From a virus: a stretch of DNA of 64,000 nt. Made by a program: the position numbers and the translations under genes. Location: IMG/VR virus record IMGVR_UViG_3300029267_001718, positions 1 to 64,000 of that record; one strand, 5' to 3'. This document shows positions 9,244-18,183 of the stretch, piece by piece. The notes under the pieces were generated by a model. That model saw only the letters and a list, made by a program, of their open reading frames with translations, did not search any database and was not told where the DNA came from. The stretch's first letter is position 1. Each line of letters begins with the position of its first letter.

Positions 9244-10631
9244 GGTTCGCAATTCTACCTTTGATTTCGGTCAAAAAGAAAATCCTAAAAGAATCCGATT
9301 GGGTCACGTGGAAACAACTGATCCACACATGGCGTGAGGAAGTGTTTTGCTACGTGCTTCTGCATGAGAATGCGGACGTGCCGGAAGATTGTGAATTCGA
9401 AAACGTGGAGTACGTTCGGCTGAAACACTGGTCTCCGTACGCGTCGGATCAAGCGACGATTAGCTCGGAAGTTTACGAACTATTCAATCCGGTCAATGGA
9501 AAATACCAAGTCGATGCGTTCTGGACTTCACGCAGTCCGGTAGCGGCGAATCTGAAACGACTTCTGGACTACAACGGGCAGACGGCGGTCCCTGTTTATC
9601 TCGTGGAAATGTGGGTTCAGGAGTACGCGAAACTGACGGATCTGGATCACAAATTGCGGGCGGTCAGCTACAGCGAATGTGTGACGCTGTTTCAATCGGA
9701 ACGGGAGAAAAAAATTGCTCTCGACTCGTGCCGCAAATACTTGGCTCCAGCGGAATTTATCAAGGCCGAAGGGCTCGCACGCGTACGCTCGGGCGGGATC
9801 AATGCCCACAGGATCGCGAAACTCGCAGACAGCACGCCTAAATTCGACACACAGACGTTGCTTTTCGCAGGGCGACTCAACTCCAACAAACACTGGAAAG
9901 ACGTTCTGGAGGTTTACCAAGATCTATTTCGCATGGGTCACGATATCGAAATAAAAGTCTTGAGCGGATCGGCGGAACCCACCGAACACTTCGACAAGGT
10001 GGAAGTTGTCAAACCTCTCGGGTATGCGGAATATTTGGAGTTTCTCTGCAAATGTCACGTGTCGGTTTCGATGAGCCGGGAAGAGGGATTCTCGTTCGGT
10101 CTGTTGGAGCAAATGTGCACGGGGAATCCAGTGCTGCTTCCGGACACGTGGTGGGCGTGGGACTTGGCAGGATCGAAGGATTATCCGTTTCTTTACAAGA
10201 ACAAAAAAGAATTGTATGCTCTACTGACTTGGGTTCTGCGAAACTACGCGGACGCCCGCACGCGTATGGTCGAGCACACGGAGCGAATTGTCGAGCAACA
10301 CGACGTGTCGGTTGCTGCGGCAGAAATGCTCGGCGTGGTGGATGGGACGTTTGTGGAGTTCGGCGAGTGGGATGAAAAATTTCACGCGGTTCTGGCTGAG
10401 ACGCCTCCGCTGTTCTCGTTGCTTGAGTTCTGTAACATCGCGGCGAAGATGTACCCGGGGACTGCTTTCGGAACTTACCTGATAGTGATTGGGGCATACC
10501 GAAACATTTACCATTGGCTCCGCAGCAACGCGGTTGAAGTGCGTGTTGCGTCCATGCAATTCGTCAAAAACAAAGAGGAAATGTCGAAATGGTTGACGAC
10601 GGCAAGATCGAGATCATCAAGCCCGAAATGA
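9240..10631 (+). CDS. GT-B (GT4-like) glycosyltransferase
   Basis: LFAGRLNSNK and EEGFSFGLLEQM..G.PVL motifs. Confidence 0.8.
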   Translation: MRFAILPLISVKKKILKESDWVTWKQLIHTWREEVFCYVLLHENADVPEDCEFENVEYVRLKHWSPYASDQATISSEVYELFNPVNGKYQVDAFWTSRSPVAANLKRLLDYNGQTAVPVYLVEMWVQEYAKLTDLDHKLRAVSYSECVTLFQSEREKKIALDSCRKYLAPAEFIKAEGLARVRSGGINAHRIAKLADSTPKFDTQTLLFAGRLNSNKHWKDVLEVYQDLFRMGHDIEIKVLSGSAEPTEHFDKVEVVKPLGYAEYLEFLCKCHVSVSMSREEGFSFGLLEQMCTGNPVLLPDTWWAWDLAGSKDYPFLYKNKKELYALLTWVLRNYADARTRMVEHTERIVEQHDVSVAAAEMLGVVDGTFVEFGEWDEKFHAVLAETPPLFSLLEFCNIAAKMYPGTAFGTYLIVIGAYRNIYHWLRSNAVEVRVASMQFVKNKEEMSKWLTTARSRSSSPK

Positions 10632-11335
10632 TTCCGCTGGATCGGTTGCACCCTAATCCTTGGAATCCGAATGTTCAGGATGAGGAAACGTTCAATCAAC
10701 TGGTCGAGGAAATTCGGGCGGACGGGTTTGAGCATCCGTTGAACGTCGTTCCCTGCACGTGCGATGAGATCGACGGCGAACACTGGATGATTATCGGCGG
10801 TGAGCATCGATTCAAGGCGGCGACGTTCCTCGAAATGGAAGCGGTCCCCTGTTGCGTTGCCAATTGGGACGAATTGGAAGCGAAATTCAAAACGGTCAAG
10901 CGGAATCTTTTGACGGGCGAATTGAGTGCTACGAAATTCACGGCACTTGTCAAATCGTTGGAGGATCGCGTAGACCCCGGGGCGATGCCACACGCGTTCG
11001 GCTTTTCGTCGGAGAAAGAATTCAAACGGTTCCTCATCGAAGAAAAGGATGATAGGGATCGCTCGTTTATGGATTCTCTGTTGGATGAAACACGCAAGGG
11101 AAAATTTGCAGTCGATTCGATCTCGGATATCATCTCCACCATATTTGGGGAGTGTGCCGAAACAGTCGACCAAAACTTCCTATTCTTCACATATCGCGGA
11201 GCTATCCAGTGCGTGTGTCTCTGTGATGATGCTTGCCTGAAATCGGTCAAAAACATGGTGCAGCATCTCAAGGACACGGGCGGGGATATCACGGTCTTCA
11301 TGCAGGAAGCAATCGACGCCCGTCTTGAAGGTTGA
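10589..11335 (+). CDS. ParB/Sulfiredoxin N-terminal domain protein
   Basis: LHPNPWNPN...LVEEI..DGF..PL...IIGGEHRFKA. Confidence 0.85.
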   Translation: MVDDGKIEIIKPEMIPLDRLHPNPWNPNVQDEETFNQLVEEIRADGFEHPLNVVPCTCDEIDGEHWMIIGGEHRFKAATFLEMEAVPCCVANWDELEAKFKTVKRNLLTGELSATKFTALVKSLEDRVDPGAMPHAFGFSSEKEFKRFLIEEKDDRDRSFMDSLLDETRKGKFAVDSISDIISTIFGECAETVDQNFLFFTYRGAIQCVCLCDDACLKSVKNMVQHLKDTGGDITVFMQEAIDARLEG

Positions 11336-11394
11336 CACTCCCCTGGAAATTGGGTATGACTATCAGTAGTCTCCGATTTTTCTAGGGGAATCCT

Positions 11395-12066
11395 ATGTCT
11401 ACTGCATCGCCCGATTCGTCGACAGTTCTGCCTCTGACGGGACTGTTGCGTGAACTCGACAAAGATCCACGCGAGGCATCCCCCGAAGAGTTGGCACTGG
11501 TCCCCTCGGATGAGGCGGAAAAGGTTCGCAAACTTCGGGTCATGTCCGATTCTGAAAAGCGGGCGGAAGCATTTCTGATGCGGATGGATGGTGTTCCGGT
11601 CAACGCTATCGCCAAGGGGTTTGGCGTGAGCACGAGTACGGTCTATCGCTGGCTTCACGAACACGCGGACGAATTTCGAACGCACTTCGAACAGCGGCCA
11701 GCGGCGAACGTGATTGTCGAACACATGCAGTGGCTCGGTCGGCTGGAGGAAATGTGTCTGTACGAAGCGAACCAACTGAAGGACGATGGCACAATCATCG
11801 ATCCGAAAACAGGCACGGTGACGCGTATCGACAATGGACGTGCGAAGTCCATGAAGAACAAGTTTCTGCAGTCGGCAATGCGTGCTCGTCGAATGATGAT
11901 TGAGCTACAATTGGACACGGGTGTATTGCCTCGTGAGCCGTCCAAGCATTATCATTCTATGGTGAATGACGGACGTGCAGCCGACGAGGAAAAAACGGCT
12001 CACAGGACTCCCGAACAAGTACGGGAAGAAATCCTAAAACTCGCCGAAACCACCCGCACACTATGA
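11395..12066 (+). CDS. Putative terminase small subunit (HTH)
   Basis: HTH IAKGFGVSTSTVYRWL; directly upstream of and overlapping TerL. Confidence 0.65.
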   Translation: MSTASPDSSTVLPLTGLLRELDKDPREASPEELALVPSDEAEKVRKLRVMSDSEKRAEAFLMRMDGVPVNAIAKGFGVSTSTVYRWLHEHADEFRTHFEQRPAANVIVEHMQWLGRLEEMCLYEANQLKDDGTIIDPKTGTVTRIDNGRAKSMKNKFLQSAMRARRMMIELQLDTGVLPREPSKHYHSMVNDGRAADEEKTAHRTPEQVREEILKLAETTRTL

Positions 12067-13748
12067 GCACCGCAGTAGATCCCGCTGAACCTCTTTCCGA
12101 CTTCGAAATGCGTCAGCTTGAAGTCATGGAAAAACTTCTGGCGATCCGCAAGGCCCGTTTGGAGTTTGCGACGGAGCACCATTTGAACACCAAGGGTGAG
12201 CGAATGGACTTCGAACACTATCCGCACATCCGAGCGTTATACAACAGCCTCGCGGCGGATATTGTTCTGCAGGGCTCGGTTCAATGTTTCAAATCGGAAT
12301 GGTCAGTGATCGATCATTTCGCGTCAGCCTATGTCGGCCTGTCGATCTTCTACGTGGTTCCAAAATTTGAAGCACGAACGACCTACGTGCAGAACCGAAT
12401 CAACCGAGTCGTCGAAAACGTTCCGGAGTACAAAAAGATCGTCAAGGATGGGTTCTTCGATTCGGTTGCGATGAAAAACTTTGGAGCGGGTGTTATCAAG
12501 TACGTTGGTTCGAACGTGCTCGCTGACTTCAAGGAATTTCCTGCCGACATGCTATTCGTTGAAGAGGTTGACGAGTGCGACAAGCAAAACGTTGAATACG
12601 CTCTCGACCGTTTGCGAGCTTCGAAATTTCAGTTTCGTCGATACCTCGGCAACCCGAAATTACGCGGGCGGGGGATCAATGGTTTCTTCCAAATGTCGGA
12701 TCAGCGTGAGTGGTTCGTCCCCTGTTTGGAGTGCGGGAATTTCCATGAACTCGATTGGTTCGAAACGGTTGTGAAGGCTGTATACGATGAGTCGGGCGAA
12801 GTGGTCGACTATCTTCTGCGGGATGAAATTTGGGAGCCTGGGTGTAGACGCGATATCAAAATCATTTGTCCGGACTGTGGGGGCGAACTGGAACGGGCAA
12901 GCATTCGCGGCGAGTGGCGACCGAAAAATCCGAAAAGCCAAATCGAGGGTTATCACATTAGCATGTTGTGCAACCCTATCAACTCCGTATCCGGAATGTG
13001 GGATCGGTTTCAGAAGGGTCTAACCGATCCCGGGAAGATGCAGCAATTCTTCAATTCGGATTTGGGATTGCCTTATTCGGCGATGGGTAGTAGGGTGACA
13101 ACCGAAGTGTTGGACGGTTGCGTGGAGGATGGGTTCTCGTTACAAATTCAGCCCGACTGTGCACACGTGCGAGGAAACTCTTCGGACGGTCCCTGCACGA
13201 TGGGAGTTGATGTTGGCGGCGTGCTCGACGTTCAAATCTCGCAACTGGTCGAGCGTAATAATCGAAAGAAATTGTTCTTCGGAAAGGTTCGGACGATTGA
13301 CGAATTGGTCAATCTGTGTGAGCTATACAACGTTGAAGTAGCGGTCATGGATTCGATGCCCGAGGCGACATTGGCCCAGGACTTTCAGGAACTTGCCCCG
13401 TGCGACGTTTGGTTGTGTCGTTATCGGAATGAAGGAACTGATCGTCGGCGAACCTACGACACACGAGACCGGATTATAAACATCGACAGGACGGAAGCAC
13501 TCGACCGTTCGTTTGCGAAGTTGCGAGCACACCGAACAATTCTTCCGGAGAATTATGAGTTGGTGCTTGGCGGTGCATTCCTTCGCGAAATGTGCAACCC
13601 TGTCCGCGAAGTTGTTGAGGACACGAAGGGCAACGCAAAATACGAATGGAAAAAATGCGTAGACCACCAGCGGCACGCGGACACGTACGATCTGTTGGCG
13701 GCTGAGTTGGCTATCGAATCGGTTCTGGACGCAATTGAGGTAGGATGA
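12063..13748 (+). CDS. terL: Terminase large subunit, GpA-like
   Basis: SVQCFKSE and EEVDE ATPase motifs, SDQREWFVPCLECG and CPDCG, FFNSDLGLPY, nuclease MGVDVG and DHQRHAD. Confidence 0.85.
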   Translation: MSTAVDPAEPLSDFEMRQLEVMEKLLAIRKARLEFATEHHLNTKGERMDFEHYPHIRALYNSLAADIVLQGSVQCFKSEWSVIDHFASAYVGLSIFYVVPKFEARTTYVQNRINRVVENVPEYKKIVKDGFFDSVAMKNFGAGVIKYVGSNVLADFKEFPADMLFVEEVDECDKQNVEYALDRLRASKFQFRRYLGNPKLRGRGINGFFQMSDQREWFVPCLECGNFHELDWFETVVKAVYDESGEVVDYLLRDEIWEPGCRRDIKIICPDCGGELERASIRGEWRPKNPKSQIEGYHISMLCNPINSVSGMWDRFQKGLTDPGKMQQFFNSDLGLPYSAMGSRVTTEVLDGCVEDGFSLQIQPDCAHVRGNSSDGPCTMGVDVGGVLDVQISQLVERNNRKKLFFGKVRTIDELVNLCELYNVEVAVMDSMPEATLAQDFQELAPCDVWLCRYRNEGTDRRRTYDTRDRIINIDRTEALDRSFAKLRAHRTILPENYELVLGGAFLREMCNPVREVVEDTKGNAKYEWKKCVDHQRHADTYDLLAAELAIESVLDAIEVG

Positions 13749-15592
13749 TGTCTGACGAACACGAAAAACCTGAAGTGGTTGAAGACGGTCCACTCGCCGA
13801 AGCGATTCGGGACGCGGCTGTCCCCTGGGACACTGCGGAAGAATTCGAAATCAACGAAGCCTTCATCACGGAAGAGGGACGCGTCACGTCGGCGGATGAC
13901 TTTGCCAAGGAAGTCATTCGGAAATCGATGCGGTGTTTCGACACGGATCGGATTGAGTCCGAAGATACGCGACAACTGATGTCGAAATCATTGGTTGAGG
14001 GATCGACGCAGTCGGATCGCGAAATCGGGGACGCTGACATTCAGATGGATAAGGTGAAGGTGATTGAACCTCCGTACCCACCCGAACTCTTGTCAGCATT
14101 CTTGGAGGTTGACGAAACGCACTTCCGTTGCGTTCGGACGAAAGTCACAGACGCGGTTGGTCGTGACTACTCGTTTTCTCCTGCAGTGAATCCGGGCGGG
14201 TTGCAGCATGATCCTTCGAAATTGTCGGACGCTGAAAAGGCGGCAATGCGGAAGGAACTTGAAATGATTCAGGCGTTTGTCGAAGACGCCAACGACATGA
14301 TTCATTTTGAAGGTGTGCTAGATCGGGCGGGGATGGACTACGAGGCAATCGGTTGGGCGGGCGTCGAAGTCGTGCGATCTCTCGACATGAAAATTCGGAA
14401 GCTCGCACACGCACCCGCGACACGCCTACGCGTGCTGAAGGGTTGGCGGGGATTCGTGGAGATTCTCGGGGCGAACAAATTCGTCTACTATCAACCGTTC
14501 GGTCAGAAAGTCGTATCGAAACGCATCGATCCGATCACGAAGAAAAATGAGCCGTACGATCCTCGCCAGGACGGTCCTCTGGAAGCGTCGAATCCAAAAC
14601 TGAAATGGAACCTCATCGACCGCGAGACGGGCAAACCGACAACCGATATGTCGCGTGCGGCGAATGAGTTGATTTGGTTGACGAAGCCACATCCGAATAC
14701 GATCTATTACGGAATGGCAGACGTGCTTCCCGCACTAGGTTGGCTGTTGGCGAACGTACACATTCGCGACTATGTTTTGCAGTTTTTCGAGCACAACACG
14801 GTTCCTCGATACGCGGTGGTGATTGAAGGTGCTCGGCTGTCGGAACCCGTGAAGAAAACGATCACTGAATATTTCGGTTCGCAAGTGAAGGGGAAGGCAC
14901 ATAAAACTCTGATTATTCCTGTGCCCGCACGCGGGACGGAAGTGAAAGTGCGGTTCGAAAAACTCGACGCGGACGCCCAAGAGTCTTCGTTCCAAGAAAC
15001 CAAAAAGAACAACTCTCAATCCATTATGACTTCGCACGGAGTCAGCCCTGCGATCATCGGAATTTCGGAACATTCCGAACTCGGTTCTGGCAAAGGATTA
15101 TCCCAAGCGGAAATTTACAAGGATCGGATCGTCACCCCGTCACAGCGACTTTGGGCACGCGGGATCAACCGCATGTGGAGACTCGGTCTCGGAGTGACGC
15201 TGGTCGTTCTGAAATTCAGCCCGTTGGACGTGCGGGATCGCAAGTCTGAGCAAGAAATGTATGTCGGCTACATGGAACGCGGGACGATGACAATCAACGA
15301 GATTCGGTTGAAGCTGGATCTTGAGCCCGTGGAGGGTGGGGATCGTCCGTTCATTATGACCCCGCAAGGCCCGTTCTTCATCGACGAAATGACCGAAGCG
15401 TCGTCGGCGGACAAGCAAGCCTTGGAAGACGAAATTGAGGCGGTCAAAAACGACATGGCGGCGAAAGCGATGGCGGACAAGGTGAAAGCCGACGCTGAAC
15501 GCAAAGCCGCTGCGGAAAATGGACCCCCGCAAAATGGCAACGGTAAACAACCCAATTCCGGACCTCCGAAGCCACAGCCTGCAGCTAGTTAA
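13745..15592 (+). CDS. Portal protein
   Basis: YYGMAD, FFEHNTVP, HGVSPAIIG, TINEIR..LDLEP.EGGD; follows TerL. Confidence 0.9.
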   Translation: MMSDEHEKPEVVEDGPLAEAIRDAAVPWDTAEEFEINEAFITEEGRVTSADDFAKEVIRKSMRCFDTDRIESEDTRQLMSKSLVEGSTQSDREIGDADIQMDKVKVIEPPYPPELLSAFLEVDETHFRCVRTKVTDAVGRDYSFSPAVNPGGLQHDPSKLSDAEKAAMRKELEMIQAFVEDANDMIHFEGVLDRAGMDYEAIGWAGVEVVRSLDMKIRKLAHAPATRLRVLKGWRGFVEILGANKFVYYQPFGQKVVSKRIDPITKKNEPYDPRQDGPLEASNPKLKWNLIDRETGKPTTDMSRAANELIWLTKPHPNTIYYGMADVLPALGWLLANVHIRDYVLQFFEHNTVPRYAVVIEGARLSEPVKKTITEYFGSQVKGKAHKTLIIPVPARGTEVKVRFEKLDADAQESSFQETKKNNSQSIMTSHGVSPAIIGISEHSELGSGKGLSQAEIYKDRIVTPSQRLWARGINRMWRLGLGVTLVVLKFSPLDVRDRKSEQEMYVGYMERGTMTINEIRLKLDLEPVEGGDRPFIMTPQGPFFIDEMTEASSADKQALEDEIEAVKNDMAAKAMADKVKADAERKAAAENGPPQNGNGKQPNSGPPKPQPAAS

Positions 15593-15605
15593 TTTGCAGC
15601 GATTG

Positions 15606-17978
15606 ATGATTCTGAAATCGGCGGACGTGGACGCTCGCCGATACGCAGAACGCCAATTTGAACAGTGGTTGCGTGGTTTCTATCATCGCTGGTTCGAAAA
15701 GATTTCCAGGCGTTTGACGCTGTCGGGATTCTTCTCGGCTGCGGTTCGGCACGCACATCTCATCAAAAGAGTTGGGGAGCCCATAAAAGAACGTCGCAGG
15801 CGTGTGGACGACGCATTGGGGGAAATCTTCGACCCGATAGTCAACGAGCTATTTGGAGAATCTGAGCGGCGGATCTTCGCGTCGAAACATCGACCCTATT
15901 ATCGGCTGATGTACGAGTTCGGGGCGGTGGAGGGTTTGCGGTCTATGGGGTTCAAGGCCACATCACGGCGTGTGAAGCATGTGGAAGACGTTGCGAAGGC
16001 TGTTCGTCCGGACGGGACGGTTGTCTTTCAATTGACGGACAGCGAGCTAATACACTCTCTGGAGACGCGTACGATACGCGTCGGAAATGGACTTGCCCCC
16101 GAAGTCGTCAAGGATGTTCGCGGGATGGTTCGCGACAACGTCTATTTGGGATCGGCGGACACTCAGGATATAGCCCGTATCGTGGCGAGCGGTGATGGTG
16201 TTCCGGAATGGCGTGCGTTGAAAATCGCCCGCACGGAATCTCAGGCCGGATTCAACACAGCAAAAAACGAAATGTATAAGCGGTCGGGTGTGAAGAAAAA
16301 GGAATGGTACACGGTCGGGGATAGTCGGGTCCGTCCTCCGCATTCGCTGAACGAAGCAACCGGGGCGATCCCCATGTCGTCACCTTTCCCGAGCGGGCAA
16401 ATGCACCCGGGAGACGGAGTTCTGTCGGTCAATTGCAGATGCTCAATGATGCCTGACTTATCTGATCCGAATCTATTGCTGGAGCCTTGGGACGGCGGTC
16501 CTGTGCCCATGCCAAAGGGAATCCCACCCGCTGATCTTCTCGGCGGGGCGAGACCCGCTGGAGCCCCGACAACTGAACCTCCGGTCTCGTTTTTGGATAA
16601 GCCCCCCGTCGAACTGCCGGATGACCGCGTAGCGTTGATAAAACTCCGCAATCGATTGGTTAAGGAAGGAACTGATCCTGACGCATTGGCAGCGGCGGAA
16701 GCGAAACTCGCAAAACTGCGTGCGGCTGATGATTTGGGACAACCGAAACCACCCCCGAAACCTAAGCCGACTCAAAAACCAACGGACGCAGATCTCGACC
16801 GTGTGGGACTTGAACATGCCGAGGATCTCGGCGAAGAACACGCCAAACTTGCGAAACGTCCTGCTGACACCGACGAACTTCAGTGGGTCAAGGAAATGAC
16901 CGAAGACGAGTTTGAGCACGTCGCTGGTTGGATCTACGGCGACGAGATGGGCGTGAATGGATCGTTCTGGACAGGGGACGAAGCCCTCACAGTGAAAGAA
17001 GCGGCGAAACGCTACTACAAACCTGTGCGTGACTCGATTGCTGCGGGTAAGCCGACGCCGGAAGCAAAAGTGTTTATGCGTGCGATTGAAAAGGGACGGG
17101 AAACTGCACCGTTTCGCGGCAAAGTTTATCGCGGTCTACACAATCTTACTGATGACCAATTGCAGGCATTTCAAAAAGGAAGCGTTGTTGAACTCAATGC
17201 TCCAACGTCTTCGGCGGAGGGGATCGATCAAGCGTTGCGATTTGCGAAGGGTGAGTTTTCGGATCTCGCGTTGGGGAAGGGTAAGAATCCGGTCATTATG
17301 GAACTCCGCACGCGTACGGGCGTGCGTCTGCGGGAAGTCACGCGAAATTTCACGGGCGACATTTTGGATGAAGTGATTGTTCAAGGCAAGTATCGTGTCG
17401 TTGGGGTGGTGGACGACGTTCGCGACGGATTCAAATTCAAGCGGGTTATTCTGGAGGAAGCAAAAGCGAAACCGAAACGTGCTCCACGTATCAAACTTTC
17501 AGAGGCGGTAGCCGAGGAAGCTGCGGAAGCTGGCGTGCACCCTACGGATCTTCGTGGATTTCTCGACGACATTTATGAGTCGGAAGTGCAATACGTTCGT
17601 GAATACCAACAAGCGAAGGAAGGGATTCATCGGGCAACGAATTTGAAGGCATCGGATCTTGCACATCTGGAGAACCGTGGATTCGATCACGCGTCGAACA
17701 TTCCAGGCAAACTCGGTGAACGCGTTGCACGGTTGGACGTTCAAGCGTCGTCGCTCGCACGCGAATATCCGATCTTGGAGTTAGGTGACCCTGATAGTCC
17801 GACTGCGGATCTAACTGCGGCGTTGTGGGATAAGTTGCGGGAATCGAAACCGCTCATTCCGAAGAAAACTGATCCCGAGCTATTGCGGCAAGCATCACAA
17901 CTGGCGTACGACGCGGGAAGTCGTTCGGGTCAATCCATTGGGCAAGCGGTTGAACTTGTTGAGGAAATTCCTTTCTAA
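15606..17978 (+). CDS. MuF/SPP1 gp7-like head protein fused to an ADP-ribosyltransferase-like domain
   Basis: IARTE, KEWYTVGDSRVRPPH, HPGD..VNCRC; Pro-rich linker; then VYRG, PTSSA, DEVIV. Confidence 0.8.
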   Translation: MILKSADVDARRYAERQFEQWLRGFYHRWFEKISRRLTLSGFFSAAVRHAHLIKRVGEPIKERRRRVDDALGEIFDPIVNELFGESERRIFASKHRPYYRLMYEFGAVEGLRSMGFKATSRRVKHVEDVAKAVRPDGTVVFQLTDSELIHSLETRTIRVGNGLAPEVVKDVRGMVRDNVYLGSADTQDIARIVASGDGVPEWRALKIARTESQAGFNTAKNEMYKRSGVKKKEWYTVGDSRVRPPHSLNEATGAIPMSSPFPSGQMHPGDGVLSVNCRCSMMPDLSDPNLLLEPWDGGPVPMPKGIPPADLLGGARPAGAPTTEPPVSFLDKPPVELPDDRVALIKLRNRLVKEGTDPDALAAAEAKLAKLRAADDLGQPKPPPKPKPTQKPTDADLDRVGLEHAEDLGEEHAKLAKRPADTDELQWVKEMTEDEFEHVAGWIYGDEMGVNGSFWTGDEALTVKEAAKRYYKPVRDSIAAGKPTPEAKVFMRAIEKGRETAPFRGKVYRGLHNLTDDQLQAFQKGSVVELNAPTSSAEGIDQALRFAKGEFSDLALGKGKNPVIMELRTRTGVRLREVTRNFTGDILDEVIVQGKYRVVGVVDDVRDGFKFKRVILEEAKAKPKRAPRIKLSEAVAEEAAEAGVHPTDLRGFLDDIYESEVQYVREYQQAKEGIHRATNLKASDLAHLENRGFDHASNIPGKLGERVARLDVQASSLAREYPILELGDPDSPTADLTAALWDKLRESKPLIPKKTDPELLRQASQLAYDAGSRSGQSIGQAVELVEEIPF

Positions 17979-18002
17979 CTTCTTAGCGTGTAGGTGGTTA
18001 CG

Positions 18003-18152
18003 ATGGCGGACACGCCGAATCCAAACGAGCGACGGTACGGTGAGCGGTTTGGTGACTCTGGGGAAGATCTGGCTACGTTTTATCGCGTGCGTGCACCCGG
18101 GGACACTGAAAAATCTGAAGAATCTCTTGACGAGCGTTCTGACAATCCTTAG
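18003..18152 (+). CDS. 49-aa acidic hypothetical protein
   Basis: AGGTGG RBS; MADTPNPNERRYG...DNP*; below ORF-track cutoff. Confidence 0.35.
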   Translation: MADTPNPNERRYGERFGDSGEDLATFYRVRAPGDTEKSEESLDERSDNP

Positions 18153-18155
18153 ATT
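18127..18155 (+). promoter_or_regulatory. sigma70-type promoter for head genes
   Basis: TTGACG-17 bp-TAGATT, 20 bp downstream of a 16-bp motif copy. Confidence 0.55.
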
Positions 18156-18183
18156 AAGGGCAACTCTTGCCGAGGGTGGGTCT

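Noticed and set aside
10696-11775. Long minus-strand ORFs here and elsewhere (e.g. 19829-20773, 33109-34050, 46170-47096)
   Set aside because: Antisense shadows of well-supported + strand genes, with no motifs.
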